NCBI GenBank assembly: GCA_963709585.1
Contig: CAVPXI010000013.1
Coordinates: 148,148-212,147 of the forward strand
Length of the DNA stretch: 64,000 bases
DNA from: Candidatus Dormiibacterota bacterium
GTDB lineage: Bacteria; Chloroflexota; Dormibacteria; Aeolococcales; Aeolococcaceae
Direction: 5' to 3'
A program made the position numbers and the translations under genes. Under the pieces are notes generated by a model. The model searched no databases, was not told the origin of the DNA, and was given only the letters and a program-made list of their open reading frames with translations. Positions 1 to 11,102 of the stretch are shown piece after piece (positions within the stretch are counted from its first letter, which is position 1; every line of letters starts with the position of its first letter).

Positions 1-267
1 GGCGCGTGTGACGCGCAACCGCCGTCTCGCCGATGCGCTCTACCTGTGGGCCTTCTGCACCCTGACGCATTCAGCGGGCGCACGTGCCTATTACGCGGCT
101 CATCGTGCCCGCGGCCACACCCACCATCAGGCGCTGCGTGCCCTCGCCAACCGTCTCGTCGGCATCCTCCACGGCTGTCTCGAACATCGCTGCTGCTACT
201 CCGAACGCGTGGCCTGGCCACCCATCCGTCAGGCTGCTGCTTGACGACTTATCCCCGTGGGATGTCT
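1..267 (+). mobile_element. IS110-family insertion sequence, 3' end (transposase C-terminus to 244 plus short right end)
   Basis: ORF tail RNRRLADALYLWAF...ARAYY...RARGHTHHQALRALANRLVGILH is typical of IS110 transposase C-termini. It is followed by CCGTGGGATGTCT, resembling actinobacterial-type IS110 ends. Truncated by window edge. Confidence 0.8.
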
Positions 268-612
268 AGGCTCGCCCGGCCCGCGCGCTCAGCATAGGTC
301 AGTCCGAGGCGGTCAATTGACGCTCGATGCGCTAGCGGGCCGACGTGAGCGGCCGCGTCTCTTCAGGCTCGCCGTCACAGTGGCAATTCGTAGCCCTGAA
401 TGGCTAGGGCTCACCTGCTCGACATGCGGCAGCAAGTTGTTGCAGGCGTTTAGGACGGTCGACGGCGACGCCACCGTGGAAGCTGATTGGCGGAACGACT
501 CAACCCGGAGCTCAATCTCGACCATGACCACGATCGTCGTAAAGCGGGATACACACACCCGTCACAGAGCGCGACGGTCGCGTCCGAAGGCGCGTCGCAG
601 GAAGCACCTATC

Positions 613-975
613 AAAACTGTAAGCGCTATGTATGCGCTGGACTGACACAATCTCTTGCGATGACCAGCGGCATCCGCCCTCAACCGTGGGGATGGATGCC
701 TTTTGCAGGAACAGCCATTATCCCTGGTTAGAGCACTACGCCACGTGGGCGCGCAGGCGCCCAAACACACTGTGCAACCTCTTGTTGCGAACGCAAGTCG
801 GGCGTCCGTCGGGGAGACGGACTCGAACCTGCGACCCCTGATCCCCCAGACCAGCGCTTTGCTCCCGATGCGGGCTGAGTTCGACTTAGAGTGCTTTCGT
901 CGGGGAGTGGTTGGAATGACGACGAGACCGTGGCTTTCGGAATCCATTTGAATCGCGTAGACATCAACAGGCGCG
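613..975. repeat. Family A junction 1: left arm (613-807), tRNA-Pro 3' core (808-854), right arm (to about 975)
   Basis: Starts AAAACTGTAAGCGCTATGTATGCGC. Core GTCGGGGAGACGGACTCGAACCTGCGACCCCTGATCCCCCAGACCAG matches the tRNA at 63362-63409 with small differences. Right arm TTGGAATGACGAC...GGAATCCATTTGAATCGCGTAG. Confidence 0.95.
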
Positions 976-1236
976 AGAAAGCAGTCAGCTTCCAACGCCG
1001 ATCCACCCCGAATCTACTCGGCAACGTTCCCTGCGACCAGGGCGATCCCTCCGCGCTGGAAAAGGCAACAAAGCCCGCCGCGACAAACTCTAACGCGCTC
1101 GTTGCGCGTTGTCTCGACCTCGGGAGGTGGCAGGCACTGCACCTAACGCGGTCCTAGCATCGACGATGCGCGTTGGCTGCGCCGACCCAACTCGCCCACA
1201 TGGCGAGGTGGGCGGCGGCGGAATGCGAGGAATGGA

Positions 1237-1416
1237 TCACTTGGGTTTGGCGCTGGAGCGACGCTTCCGTCGGTCCCGGATGACGTAGATCGGAGTACCG
1301 ATGATCGCGGCGAGCATCAGGATCGGGACGATGATCCACGGCCCGATGTGAAAGCTCTCCCCGCTATTTGCGGCTGTCGCGATCAGTTTGACGGCGATGA
1401 TCATTTGCTGATGCAT
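1237..1416 (-). CDS. Small single-pass membrane protein (59 aa), not in ORF track
   Basis: My translation MHQQMIIAVKLIATAANSGESFHIGPWIIVPILMLAAIIGTPIYVIRDRRKRRSSAKPK. AAGGAG RBS upstream; hydrophobic helix then basic tail; co-oriented with the ABC genes. Confidence 0.6.
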   Translation of the reverse strand: MHQQMIIAVKLIATAANSGESFHIGPWIIVPILMLAAIIGTPIYVIRDRRKRRSSAKPK

Positions 1417-1479
1417 GTTCCTAGCTCCTTGGGGGTGATTCTGATGGCTGGTTCGGGGCGCATTGACAGAGCGCCCAGG

Positions 1480-2268
1480 TCACGTGATGTCGCGCAAGAC
1501 CGTGGTACGCGCGGCAATGAGCGATATGACTGCGGCGATACCGGCGATGAGTGCCGCGGAAGCGATGACAGGCAGCGATGTGCCTCCTGCCAGCCCGTGG
1601 GCGGGACCGAAGGCGGCGTTGCCGAGTGTGGCCCCGGCCATGGTGGTGGCCGCGGTGTACGGGAGGTAGGGGCGAACCGACGTGTACAAGCCGCCGATGA
1701 GCGACTCGATCACGATGGCCCAGACGAAGATGCCGATGACGATGGCGAGTTGGGATCGGACGAGCGAGCCAAGGGCCACTCCGAGGACAGCGAGTAGGGC
1801 TGCGCCGAGCATGGCGCCGGCGACGTGGCCGACGAGTGTTCCCGTGCTCAGTGCGACGTGGTCGCCTTGCGCAGCCACGAAGATGAGACCGACGGTGGTG
1901 GCGATGATGCCGGCGAGAAGGCCAAAGAGAGAGCCGACGATTGCAGCGGCGATGGCTTTGGCTACCAGAACCCGAGGTCGTTTGGGGGTGGCGAGGTACG
2001 TGAGGGTGGCGCTGGAGTGGCGGAACTCGCCATTGGCCACGATCGCACCCAGCACAGCAGCCAGGAGCATGGCGAACCCGGTCACGGTGGTCACGCTTCG
2101 AAGACCTTCCGCAGTGGAGATCGGGGGTGCACCGCTGCCGGCGCTGCCAGCTTGGCCGCCTTCGAGTATTGCGAAGAACCCACTCAACGCAGCCGCCGCG
2201 GCGATCAGCCCGTAGGTGAGGCGCATGGTGCGCAGCTTGAGTAGTTCGGTGCGAACCAGCAGCGTCAT
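1480..2268 (-). CDS. ABC-2 type transporter permease
   Basis: Multiple TM helices, GEFRHSSATLTYLATPKR motif; overlaps the ATPase stop. Confidence 0.9.
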   Translation of the reverse strand: MTLLVRTELLKLRTMRLTYGLIAAAAALSGFFAILEGGQAGSAGSGAPPISTAEGLRSVTTVTGFAMLLAAVLGAIVANGEFRHSSATLTYLATPKRPRVLVAKAIAAAIVGSLFGLLAGIIATTVGLIFVAAQGDHVALSTGTLVGHVAGAMLGAALLAVLGVALGSLVRSQLAIVIGIFVWAIVIESLIGGLYTSVRPYLPYTAATTMAGATLGNAAFGPAHGLAGGTSLPVIASAALIAGIAAVISLIAARTTVLRDIT

Positions 2269-3173
2269 CGGGCGACCTCGCTTCGCTCGGCGTCCGCGGT
2301 AAGTCGGAGAAAAATGTCTTCGAGGTCTGCGGCGTCGGTGTTGGTTTCGAAGAGTGGGATTCCCTGTCCGGCGGCAAGGGTGCCGACCTGTTCCCCGCTT
2401 GCGCCGCTGACCTTAAGCCGGTCTGGCGCGATTATCTCGGCCGTGAAGCCCTTCGCCGAGAGCGCGGCAGCCAGGTCTTGGGCTCGCGGGGTGCGTACCC
2501 GGACGACGTTACTGGTTGTGGCGATAAGGTCAGCGAGCGTGGCCTGAATGACGAGCCGGCCCCGATCGAGGATCACCACGCTGTCGACGGTCTGGGCGAC
2601 CTCGGCGAGGAGGTGGCTGGATACAAGTATCGTGCGTCCCTCCGTCGCGAGTTGACGAAGGAATTGGCGGAGCCAGTGCACGCCTTCAGGGTCGAGCCCG
2701 TTGGCCGGCTCATCGAGGACGAGGATCTGCGGGTCGCAGAGCAATGCGGTGGCCAGGCCGAGTTGTTGGCGCATGCCGAGGGAGAACTGCCCAGCCCGGC
2801 GGTGAGCGGCGTGGGTGAGGCCGACGATGTCGAGCACCTCGTCGACCCGAGCGGGCGGGGCCCCGCCCACCAGGGCCTCGATTCGGAGATGGTTGCGGGC
2901 CGTGCGCCCCGGATAGGCGTTCGAGGATTCGAGGACGGCGCCGACGACACGCATGGGTGCAACCAAGTCACGGTACGGGCGGCCATTGATAGTGGCTGTT
3001 CCCTCGCTCGGCTCGATGAGGCCGAGGATCATCCGCAACGTGGTGGTCTTGCCGGCGCCATTGGGCCCGAGAAACCCTACGATGCTGCCGCGCTGCACCG
3101 TGAAGCTGACGTGGTCAACGGCGGTCAGGCTGGCGAAGCGCTTGGTCAGCCCTTCGACCTCGATCACCGCCAC
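2265..3173 (-). CDS. ABC transporter ATP-binding protein (BcrA-like)
   Basis: Walker A GPNGAGKTT, signature FSLGMRQ, Walker B ILVLDEP, H-loop SSH. Confidence 0.95.
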   Translation of the reverse strand: MAVIEVEGLTKRFASLTAVDHVSFTVQRGSIVGFLGPNGAGKTTTLRMILGLIEPSEGTATINGRPYRDLVAPMRVVGAVLESSNAYPGRTARNHLRIEALVGGAPPARVDEVLDIVGLTHAAHRRAGQFSLGMRQQLGLATALLCDPQILVLDEPANGLDPEGVHWLRQFLRQLATEGRTILVSSHLLAEVAQTVDSVVILDRGRLVIQATLADLIATTSNVVRVRTPRAQDLAAALSAKGFTAEIIAPDRLKVSGASGEQVGTLAAGQGIPLFETNTDAADLEDIFLRLTADAERSEVAR

Positions 3174-3384
3174 TATCGCGACCGGACTGGTGCAATAACG
3201 ATCGTGCGTTGGTTCATGCAGACGATGCTGACGGGCATTGCGCCGCGTGTCGTCGGGCCGGGAGCGGCTCGTCGGCTACGTCAGTGGGCGTAGCGACGAG
3301 GGCACAACTGCGCCCGGAACCGCAGCTCGCAAGCCGCTGCTAAGGCGATGCGCTGGGGGAAGCGGGTAGCTACGCTGGGCCTCG

Positions 3385-4579
3385 ATGGATCACGTGCATC
3401 GGGAAACCAGCGTCACCGAGGGAGGGACGGAACGACGACGGGGGTGGTTCGCGGACCTGAGTTGGCGTCGGTATCTGGCTCTTCCCGCCGTGCTATTAGT
3501 GGTGCAACTAGCCGGAGCAATCGCCACCACAGCCAGTCAGCAGGGCCAGCAGACTCCCCTCGGCGTCGCGGACTGGATCTTGCTGGTTGTAGGTCCGCTG
3601 GCGCTGACGTTCTGCCACCGCCACCCGGTTGCTGTGCTCTGGGTGACACTCGCGGCCACGCTCGCCCCCTCAGGGTCATGGTCTGCGAACCTAAGCCTCA
3701 TCGTCGCCTTTTTCATCGCGGCCACCGGCGGGCTCCGGCGAGCCGCCTGGCTGGTGATCGTGGCCGGCTATGTCTGCAGTGTTTGGCTGGCCCCGCTCGT
3801 CTTCGGCCATTCGATTGCGACACTGCAGTTCGCGCTTCTCCTGTTCGGGTGGCTGACCGTGCTGGTGATCGCGGCCGAAGTGGTCAGGATGCGCCGTGAG
3901 CGCAGTATCGAGACCGACGCGGCCCGCCGAACTCGCCTCAGAGCGGCGAGCAAGCGAGGAGCGACTGGTGATGGCCCGGGATCTCCACGACGTGATCGGC
4001 CACAACATCTCGCTCATCAACGTGCAAGCTGGAGTGGGCCTCGACCTGATGGACACTCACCCCGAACAGGCCCGCGTCGCCCTGGCGGCGATTAAGGCCT
4101 CCTCGAAAGACGCCCTCGACGAACTGCGCACCATGCTCGTCGCACTCCGCCAGACGGGTGAGGAAGCACCGCGCTCACCGACCCCAGGCCTCGCCCGACT
4201 CCCCGAGCTGATCAAGGTGACACGCGCCGCCGGTCTTTCAGTGGTCACCGAAGTTGCCGGGGACCCGATGCCGCTGCCCACCCCGGTCGACCTGGCGGCC
4301 TACCGAATCATCCAAGAATCGCTCACGAATGTCGCCCGCCATGCAGGACCAGCGACCGCAACCGTACGCCTCACGTATGAGCGCGACACGCTGGTCATCG
4401 AGATTGCGGACGACGGCGATACCCAACGAGTCAACGCAGTGCTGCCATTCGGTGCGGGCAGCGGGATCCCCGGCATGCGCGAGCGCGCGACGGCCCTCGG
4501 AGGTCGCCTCGACGCCGAGCCGCGTCCGGGTGGAGGGTTCGCCGTGACCGCCCGCCTACCGCTCGGAGTGCCGGGGTGA
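3385..4579 (+). CDS. Membrane sensor histidine kinase (HisKA_3), frameshift near 3925
   Basis: TM N-terminus in ORF 3385-4095; ERLVMARDLHDVIGH H-box and ESLTNVARHA/GSGIPGMRER ATPase boxes in ORF 3896-4579. Confidence 0.9.
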
Positions 4580-5241
4580 TCCGCGTGCTCCTCGCCGACG
4601 ACCAGGCGCTCGTCCGCGCCGGCTTCAAAGCCCTGCTCGATGCGCGGGACGACATCGAGGTCGTCGGCGAAGCCGCCAACGGCACTGAGGCGGTGTCGAT
4701 GTGCAAGACGCTGACGCCCGACGTGGTGCTCATGGACATCCGCATGCCTGAACTCGATGGCCTCGAAGCCACCCGCCAGATTGCCGACGACGCCCGCCTC
4801 TCAAGCGTGCGCATCATCATCCTCACCACCTTTGAACTCGACGAATATCTCTTCGACGCCCTACGTCACGGGGCGAGTGGATTCTTGGTCAAAGACACCG
4901 AGCCGGCTGATCTCGTAACTGCCGTGCGGGTTGTAGCCGCAGGGGACTCCCTGATCTCGCCCAACATGACTCGCCGCCTCGTCGCCGAGTACGCCGCCCG
5001 AGCCAAGGAGCCGCGGCCCCCCGATGAATTGGCGGCGCTCACACAGCGAGAACGTGAAGTCATGTGCCTCGTAGCGGGAGCGTTGACCAATGACGAGATT
5101 GCCGAGCGCCTCTACATCAGCCCAGCCACCGCGCGCACCCATGTCAGCCGGGCTATGAACAAGCTCGGCGCCCGGGACCGCGCACAACTCGTGGTGCTCG
5201 CCTACGAGACCGGGCTCGTTCGCCCAGGATGGCTCGCCTGA
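4576..5241 (+). CDS. NarL/LuxR-family response regulator
   Basis: Receiver (LADD, DIRMP) plus LuxR HTH LTQREREV; GTGA overlap with the kinase. Confidence 0.95.
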   Translation: MIRVLLADDQALVRAGFKALLDARDDIEVVGEAANGTEAVSMCKTLTPDVVLMDIRMPELDGLEATRQIADDARLSSVRIIILTTFELDEYLFDALRHGASGFLVKDTEPADLVTAVRVVAAGDSLISPNMTRRLVAEYAARAKEPRPPDELAALTQREREVMCLVAGALTNDEIAERLYISPATARTHVSRAMNKLGARDRAQLVVLAYETGLVRPGWLA

Positions 5242-5560
5242 GCGGGGCGCGTCTGAGAGCCGTGGACCACCAAGTGCGACTGCTACTAGTCAATCCGGTG
5301 AGCGCCCCCCTCCAGCGGGGTTACCCGCCGGGACCATCGAGCGAGTTCGCAGTCGTACATGGCGGCGAACACCTTGACGATGTCCGCAATTCGGAAGCGT
5401 TCACTCGGGTCGCTGCTGACGTGTTTCACTCGCCTTCTTCCGATCCGCCAGCCCCCCGTGGCTCGAAGCACTGGCCCGGTTCGATTCCGCTCACGCGCTC
5501 TTCGCACACGACCTCTCGGGCCTGGAGTTCGCAAACAACCACCCTCCCGACAAAACGGTA

Positions 5561-6043
5561 GTGCCCACACTCGGACGGTTCACCGCCGGGATTTCACAAT
5601 TCGCCAATAGGCGCGGCATTTACCTTGGGCGGCGGTCGACGAAGATCCATGTGGCTCTCTACCGGCGGACCGGCGGCAGGATCGGCGGCCATCTCCCCGG
5701 CTGGAATCAGGCCCGGATCCTCCTCCTTGACCACACGGGCGCTAAGACCGGCACGAGGCGGACGTCTCCGCTGATGTACCACGAGGATGACGTTACCGTC
5801 GCCGTCGTGGCTTCGAAGGGCGGCCAGCCCACGCACCCGGCGTGGTTCCACAACCTGAAAGCGAATCCGGACACGACGATCCAGATCGGCTCGGTGGTTC
5901 GGACTGTCCGCGCTCGCGTCGCGACCGACGAAGAGCGCGACCGCCTCTGGCCGAAGTTCGTAGCCTTCTACCCCGGCTACGACTTCTTCCAAAGCCATGC
6001 GAAGAGTCGGAAGATCCCGATCGTGATCCTCGACCCTCGTTAG
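5561..6043 (+). CDS. Deazaflavin (F420H2)-dependent nitroreductase family oxidoreductase
   Basis: LLDHTGAKTG...ASKGG...HPAWFHNLKANP...RKIPIVIL motifs. Confidence 0.9.
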   Translation: MPTLGRFTAGISQFANRRGIYLGRRSTKIHVALYRRTGGRIGGHLPGWNQARILLLDHTGAKTGTRRTSPLMYHEDDVTVAVVASKGGQPTHPAWFHNLKANPDTTIQIGSVVRTVRARVATDEERDRLWPKFVAFYPGYDFFQSHAKSRKIPIVILDPR

Positions 6044-6682
6044 CAGAAAGCCTCGGCCTTCCCCAGGCGCGCCGTCGACTTCCCTGAGAGTCGCCCTCTC
6101 AAGGAACAATCGCTCAGATCCTCGGGCCCGGGCGCCACCTCTCGTCCTCGCTTCATCGCTCCCCACTCACCTCCGCTTTCGTGCAACTGCTTGCGAATCT
6201 CTTACGGGCGTTCCGATGTCGAGCGTCGGAAGCACGTTGGAGTCTGACCGCGCAATCCTGTGCCCGAGTGCAGCGCCACCACCGGGGGACGGACCGCGAC
6301 TGCTGGTCTCGACATGAACCCCGACACGACCGCGTAGAACGACTGCGCGGTGTTCTCATCCAGCACCGAGCGATAGATGAACCCCCCGGAAAACTGGAGA
6401 CTCTGGGGTGTCCAAAGTTCAGCCACCGACAGCCGAGGGTCGAGCGGCGGAGCGCCGCCAGGGTGTCCGCCCGCACGGCTGCCCCACAGTCCGAGCCGTG
6501 GACCTCTCCCCGATCGATCGTGCTGAAGCAGCTGTCCATCTTCGAGAACTGTTCGAGCATCTCGCGGATGCCGCCGATTTCGTGCTGCCACGCGACCCAA
6601 GTCGATCTCATCGCCGGGAGCGTTGGCGATTGCTCCCCGCGCCGTCACGCCGGCCAGGTGGAGCGCATAGACGGGCGCGGCC

Positions 6683-7030
6683 AAAACTGTAAGCGCTATG
6701 TATGCGCTGGACTGCCACAATCTCTAGGCATGAGCAGCGGCATCCGGCCTCGACTGTGGGGAATGATGCCTTTTGCAGGAAAAGTCATCATTCCTGGTTA
6801 GAGCACTGCACAACGTGGGCGCGCAGGCGCCCAAACACACCGCGCAACCTCTCGTTGCGAACTCAAGTCGGGCGTCCGTCGGGGAGACAGGACTCGAACC
6901 TGCGACCCCTGGTCCCCCAGATTAGTCGTCATTTCCCGATGAGTGCTGAGTTCGATTTAGACTGGTTTTGTGGGAATTGGTTGGAATGACGACTAGAGCA
7001 CGTGTGATGGATTCTTTTGGAATCGCGTGC
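6683..7030. repeat. Family A junction 2: left arm (6683-6877), tRNA-Pro 3' core (6878-6925), right arm
   Basis: Closely similar to 613-975; core GTCGGGGAGACAGGACTCGAACCTGCGACCCCTGGTCCCCCAGATTAG. Confidence 0.95.
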
Positions 7031-7255
7031 ACACGCTCGGCGAATTGTGCCGCCTCCCTTCGCGGCTCTCCCCAACCGCTCTCCCGACTCTATCGACTTT
7101 GGGCATTCTGGTCTGCCACGGAGACCATCGGCAGCAACAGCGGCTGGCGTGCCCCGTGACGTGACCGGGCGCTCGTCTGGGAGGCGATCATGGTCCTCGA
7201 ATGGTTCCGCACTCATGGGCGGTGAACATCGTCGGGAGCGAACCCGATAAAGAGG

Positions 7256-8514
7256 TCAGCGGTCGCCCGACGGAGCCAGCTCGGAGAGGCGTCGATGAAG
7301 AAATCGGCGCTCGGCGTCTGTCGGCGCCAGCGCAAGCGCTTCGCGATATGCCGTTTGCGCCTCTGCGTAGCGCGTCAGGCGTCTGAACAAATCGGCACGC
7401 GTCGCGGGCAGCAGGTAGTAACCGGACAGGACTTCCGCTTGTTCCAGCTCGACAAGCAGCGCGAGTCCCGCCGCCGGCCCGTCGGCCATCGCGACAGCTA
7501 CGGCGCGGTTGAGCAGCACAACCGGCGTCGGTGCAATCTCGCTCAGGCGGTCATAGAGGGCCACGATCTCCCGCCAGTCCGTCTCGTCGGAGGTCCGAGC
7601 CTGGGCATGGCAGGCTGCGATCGCGGCCTGCAACTGGTACGGCCCCGGTCGTCGATGCCGCATGGCTCGATCGAGGAGCATGCACGCCTCGTCGATCCCG
7701 GCTCGATCCCAGAGCGCGCGATCTTGGTCCGCCAGCGTCACCAACTCGCCCTCGCCGTCGATGCGTGCCTGGCGCCTCGAAGTCCTGAAGGAGCAGGAGG
7801 CTGAGCAACCCAAGGGCCTCTGGCTCATCGGGCATAAGCTCCGCCAGCAACCGTCCCAGACGGATCGCCTCCGAGCAGAGTTCCTTGCGAATCAGCTCGT
7901 CGCCGGCGCTCGCGCCGTAGCCCTCGTTGAAAAGCGCGTAGATCACTGCCAGCACCGCGCGCAGCCGCTCCTGCAGATGGCGCGCATCCGGCACGCGATA
8001 TGGAATGCGTGCCTCGACAATCTTGCGCTTGGCGCGCGTCAACCGCTTCGCCATCGTCTCCTGAGGGAGCAGGAAGGCCCGTGCTATCTCGGGTGTCGTC
8101 AAACCCGCGAGTGTGCGAAGCGTCAGCGCCACCTGAGCCTCGACCGGGAGCGCTGGGTGACAGCACGTGAACATCAGCCGAAGCCGATCGTCCTCAATCC
8201 CGCTGTCGTTATCATCGTTGTCAGGCGCTGTGGGTCCCGTCACCCCAACCTCCCTCCGCTTGGCTTCGCCCACTGTTTCTCGTCGCAACCGGTCCAGCGC
8301 ACGGTTTCGCGCAGTCGTTTTCAACCAGGCTGCAGGAACTCGATGGAATCCCATCGCGTGGCCAGCGAGCGATCGCCCGCTCGAATGCATCTTGGGCGCA
8401 CTCTTCGGCCAGGTCCCAATTGCCGGTAACGTGGATGAGGTAGGCGACGACGCGACCCCAATTTGCCCGGAAGGCCTCGTCGACCGCCGCCTGCGCATCG
8501 GCTAAAGCGGCCAC
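7256..8514 (-). CDS. ECF42-type sigma factor with C-terminal DUF6596/TPR extension (frameshifts near 8340 and 7780)
   Basis: Pieces: AEECAQDAFERAIARWPRDGIP, DDRLRLMFTCCHPAL...FNEGY, LADQDRALWD...GPYQLQAAIAACHA. Directly downstream of a YCII/DGPF gene, as is typical for ECF42. Confidence 0.9.
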
Positions 8515-8843
8515 ACCGGTCGGACCTCAATCGTGCCGGAGCGGGCGCCCGGATTCCTAGAAGCGATCTCGATCGCCTCGTCGAGATCCGCACAGTCGAC
8601 GACGTAGAAGCCGGCGATCTGCTCCTTGGTCTCGGCAAAAGGACCGTCGGCGACCACGAGGCCGTCGTCGCGGACCCTCACCGTCGTCGAGAGCGTCGTC
8701 TCTCGGAGACGCTCGCGCGCGACCAAAACTCCTCGGGCCTCCATCTCGTCCTGGAAAGCCATGAACGCAGCGTATTCCGTCGCGACAGCCTCGTCGCTCC
8801 GTTCGGCGCTCTCGTCGACATAGACCAACATCGCATATCGCAT
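8502..8843 (-). CDS. YCII-related (DGPF) protein
   Basis: DGPFAETKEQIAGFY motif; start MRYAMLVY with AAGGAGGA RBS. Confidence 0.9.
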   Translation of the reverse strand: MRYAMLVYVDESAERSDEAVATEYAAFMAFQDEMEARGVLVARERLRETTLSTTVRVRDDGLVVADGPFAETKEQIAGFYVVDCADLDEAIEIASRNPGARSGTIEVRPVWPL

Positions 8844-8932
8844 CGGGTCCTCCTTCAAGTTGTTCGCTGGCCGCTGCCAAACAACCGCGAGCGGCCGGAG
8901 GCCCCAAGAGGCCCCCGGCGACCGCCGCGTCA

Positions 8933-9325
8933 TTACAGCGTGACGAAAAACACCACCTGCTCGTCGATGATCTCCTGGTTCTCGTCGAGTCGGTAGAGGC
9001 GAGCCCCCTGAAGCGTCATCTCAGGCGCATCAGGCCCGAGCTTCACGCGCGAGGTCACCTGCAACAGCGCCCGCGTCTGATCACCGACCGCGGAGTTCAC
9101 CGTGGTCGCGCCCGGCAGCACGGCCTGACCGAACTGCATCAGACCTTGCATGTAGTCCTCGATCCCCGTGGTGTCGACCTTCGGCGCTTCGGGATCGACA
9201 CTCGTGACGGAAACGTGGACATCGGCTGCAAGCGCGGTGCGCGCCAAGTCGTAGTCGTGCTTGCCCCACGCGGCAACGTGAGCCCGAGCGACCTCAATGG
9301 CGGTTGCTTCCTGATTCGACGACAT
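8933..9325 (-). CDS. SnoaL/NTF2-like family protein
   Basis: VARAHVAAWGKHDYDLARTALAADV pattern; RBS AAGGAG. Confidence 0.75.
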   Translation of the reverse strand: MSSNQEATAIEVARAHVAAWGKHDYDLARTALAADVHVSVTSVDPEAPKVDTTGIEDYMQGLMQFGQAVLPGATTVNSAVGDQTRALLQVTSRVKLGPDAPEMTLQGARLYRLDENQEIIDEQVVFFVTL

Positions 9326-9917
9326 AGCGACTCTCCTTGTGAGTAGCGGTTTGGTTGGTCTTCGGTCCTAAGACGAACGGGAACATCGGGAAATGGACAT
9401 ATCGGGCGTCTGACTTGCCAGCAACGGGCGGAGGGCGCCGTCACTGGCCACCAGGGCGAAGGCATGCAGGGGTCCCCGCCGGTGGGCGCCGTTTCTCGCA
9501 CCGCGGATGCAACACAGGGTCGACGGCGCCGGATTGTCTGGGGTGGCGCTACCTGGTGCGTGAACCACGAGAGGACAACAACGCTGGCGTCGCGCACCGT
9601 GCTCGATGCTGGCTTCACGAAGGCCAAGCATCCCGGCCACCCCTGCTACTTCATGGTGCCAGGCGGCTGAGCCTCCAGCCTCTCCCGGGACGGATCACGG
9701 CTTAGCAAACGTGACCGTCAAACCGGGGCACGCCCCCGCGCCGGTCCTTCGCCCTGAGTGGCCCGGGGCGGGACCTTGCACGTAGACGAGGTGGTGTCGT
9801 TGTGACGCACGGTGTTTACCCTGGGTGAGCGTGGCATCATGTGACTGGCGAGATGAGCCGTGAGCACCGGCAGGTCGATGGCAACTGATTGAGCATGACC
9901 GCTGTCGTTTGCGCTGC

Positions 9918-10935
9918 TCAGCCGGGAAGGGTAATCGGGAGCCCGAAGCTAGAGAGCACACCGTTGTCGAACCTGGTGATGGCGGAGATCCGGTCCCCGG
10001 CCAGTGTCACCACCTGCAGACCGACCGCGTGCAGCACGGCACTATGTGGGTCGGGCCGGTACAGGCCGAAGGCCAGTTCGCCGTTGGCCCGGGTCGGGAC
10101 TAGGCGGAACCTGCGTCCCGTCCGGAAGATCGCGGCGAAGAAACGGGTCACCACGTCGAGCCCCTGGTACTCCAACGGCAGGGGCGGCATGGCCACCAGG
10201 ACGTCCTCGGTGAGCAGCGCGACCAACCCATCCAGGTCGCCGCTGGCATAGGCCTGCGTGAGCTTTTCAACGAGCCGGCGTTCAACGAGGGAGCCAGGTG
10301 CGGGCGGTGGCTCATGCAGCCAGGTCGAAGAATGCCGGCTGCGCAGCGTGGCGCGTGCGCGTTTCAGCGCGCTGGTCACCAACTCCTCGCTCAACTCGAG
10401 GATGTTGGCGACCTCGCCGGCGCGAAAGCCCAGGACGTCGCGGAGGATGAGCACGACTCGCTGCCGGGGCGGCAGCAGCTGCAGTGCGGTCACGAACGCC
10501 AGCGAGATGGCTTCCCGTGAACTCGTAGCGCGCCTCAGGCCCGGGCTCGCGGTCGACCAGCCCCTGTAGGAGCGTGTCCGGGTACGGCTCCAGCCAGAAC
10601 ACCTCGCCCAGGCCCGTAGGCTCGGGAACCTCAAGGTGCAGCACGGGCAAGTCCACGTGCGGACGCCGTCGCGCGGCGCGCAGCGCGTTGAGGCAGCGGC
10701 TGGTCGCGATCCGATACAGCCAGGTGCGCATCGAGGCACGCCCCTCGAAGGCTTCCAGCCCTCGCCACGCCGCCAGCAGTGTTTCCTGGAGCGCGTCCTC
10801 GGCGTCCTGCACTGACGCCAGCATCCGGTAGCAGTGGACCTGCAGCTCGGCCAGGAACGGGTCGACGAGCCGGCGGAACGCCTCCTCGTCTCCAGCGCGG
10901 GCCCGATCGATCAGGTCTGTAGTCAGCAACTCCAC
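9918..10935 (-). CDS. ECF sigma factor, SigG/ECF56-like with SnoaL C-terminus (frameshift near 10515)
   Basis: HCYRMLASVQDAEDALQETLLAAWR...WLEPYPD; ALQLLPPRQRVVLILRDVLG; GDLDGLVALLTEDV...MPP. Confidence 0.9.
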
Positions 10936-11102
10936 CCGTCATCGCCTCGTCTCATGGTTGCTCTGGCGCCTGCACCGGTACTGACCCCGGGCAGCGGGGA
11001 AACTGGGCGCTCGTGGCCGCCCAGTGTATCGGCGCTTCGGTGTCTAACCAAGCGATGAGCCAACTCACCTCTTGGGCCGGCACGAGCAGAAGGAGTCAAT
11101 CC

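Larger units (their letters stand above)
855..6877. mobile_element. Integrase-less unit IV of the tRNA-Pro tandem array (about 6 kb; ABC exporter, two-component system, DDN-family reductase)
   Basis: Bounded by right arm of junction 1 and left arm of junction 2, with direct repeats of the tRNA 3' half on both sides. Confidence 0.75.

Noticed and set aside
450-1024. ORFs over family A and B repeats (also 6702-6989, 13866-14162, 27404-27778, 63188-63517)
   Set aside because: Frames and stops differ between copies; their similarity reflects the non-coding repeat.
6150-6680. Possible gene next to junction 2
   Set aside because: Protein-like fragments are spread over several frames and I cannot assign a family.
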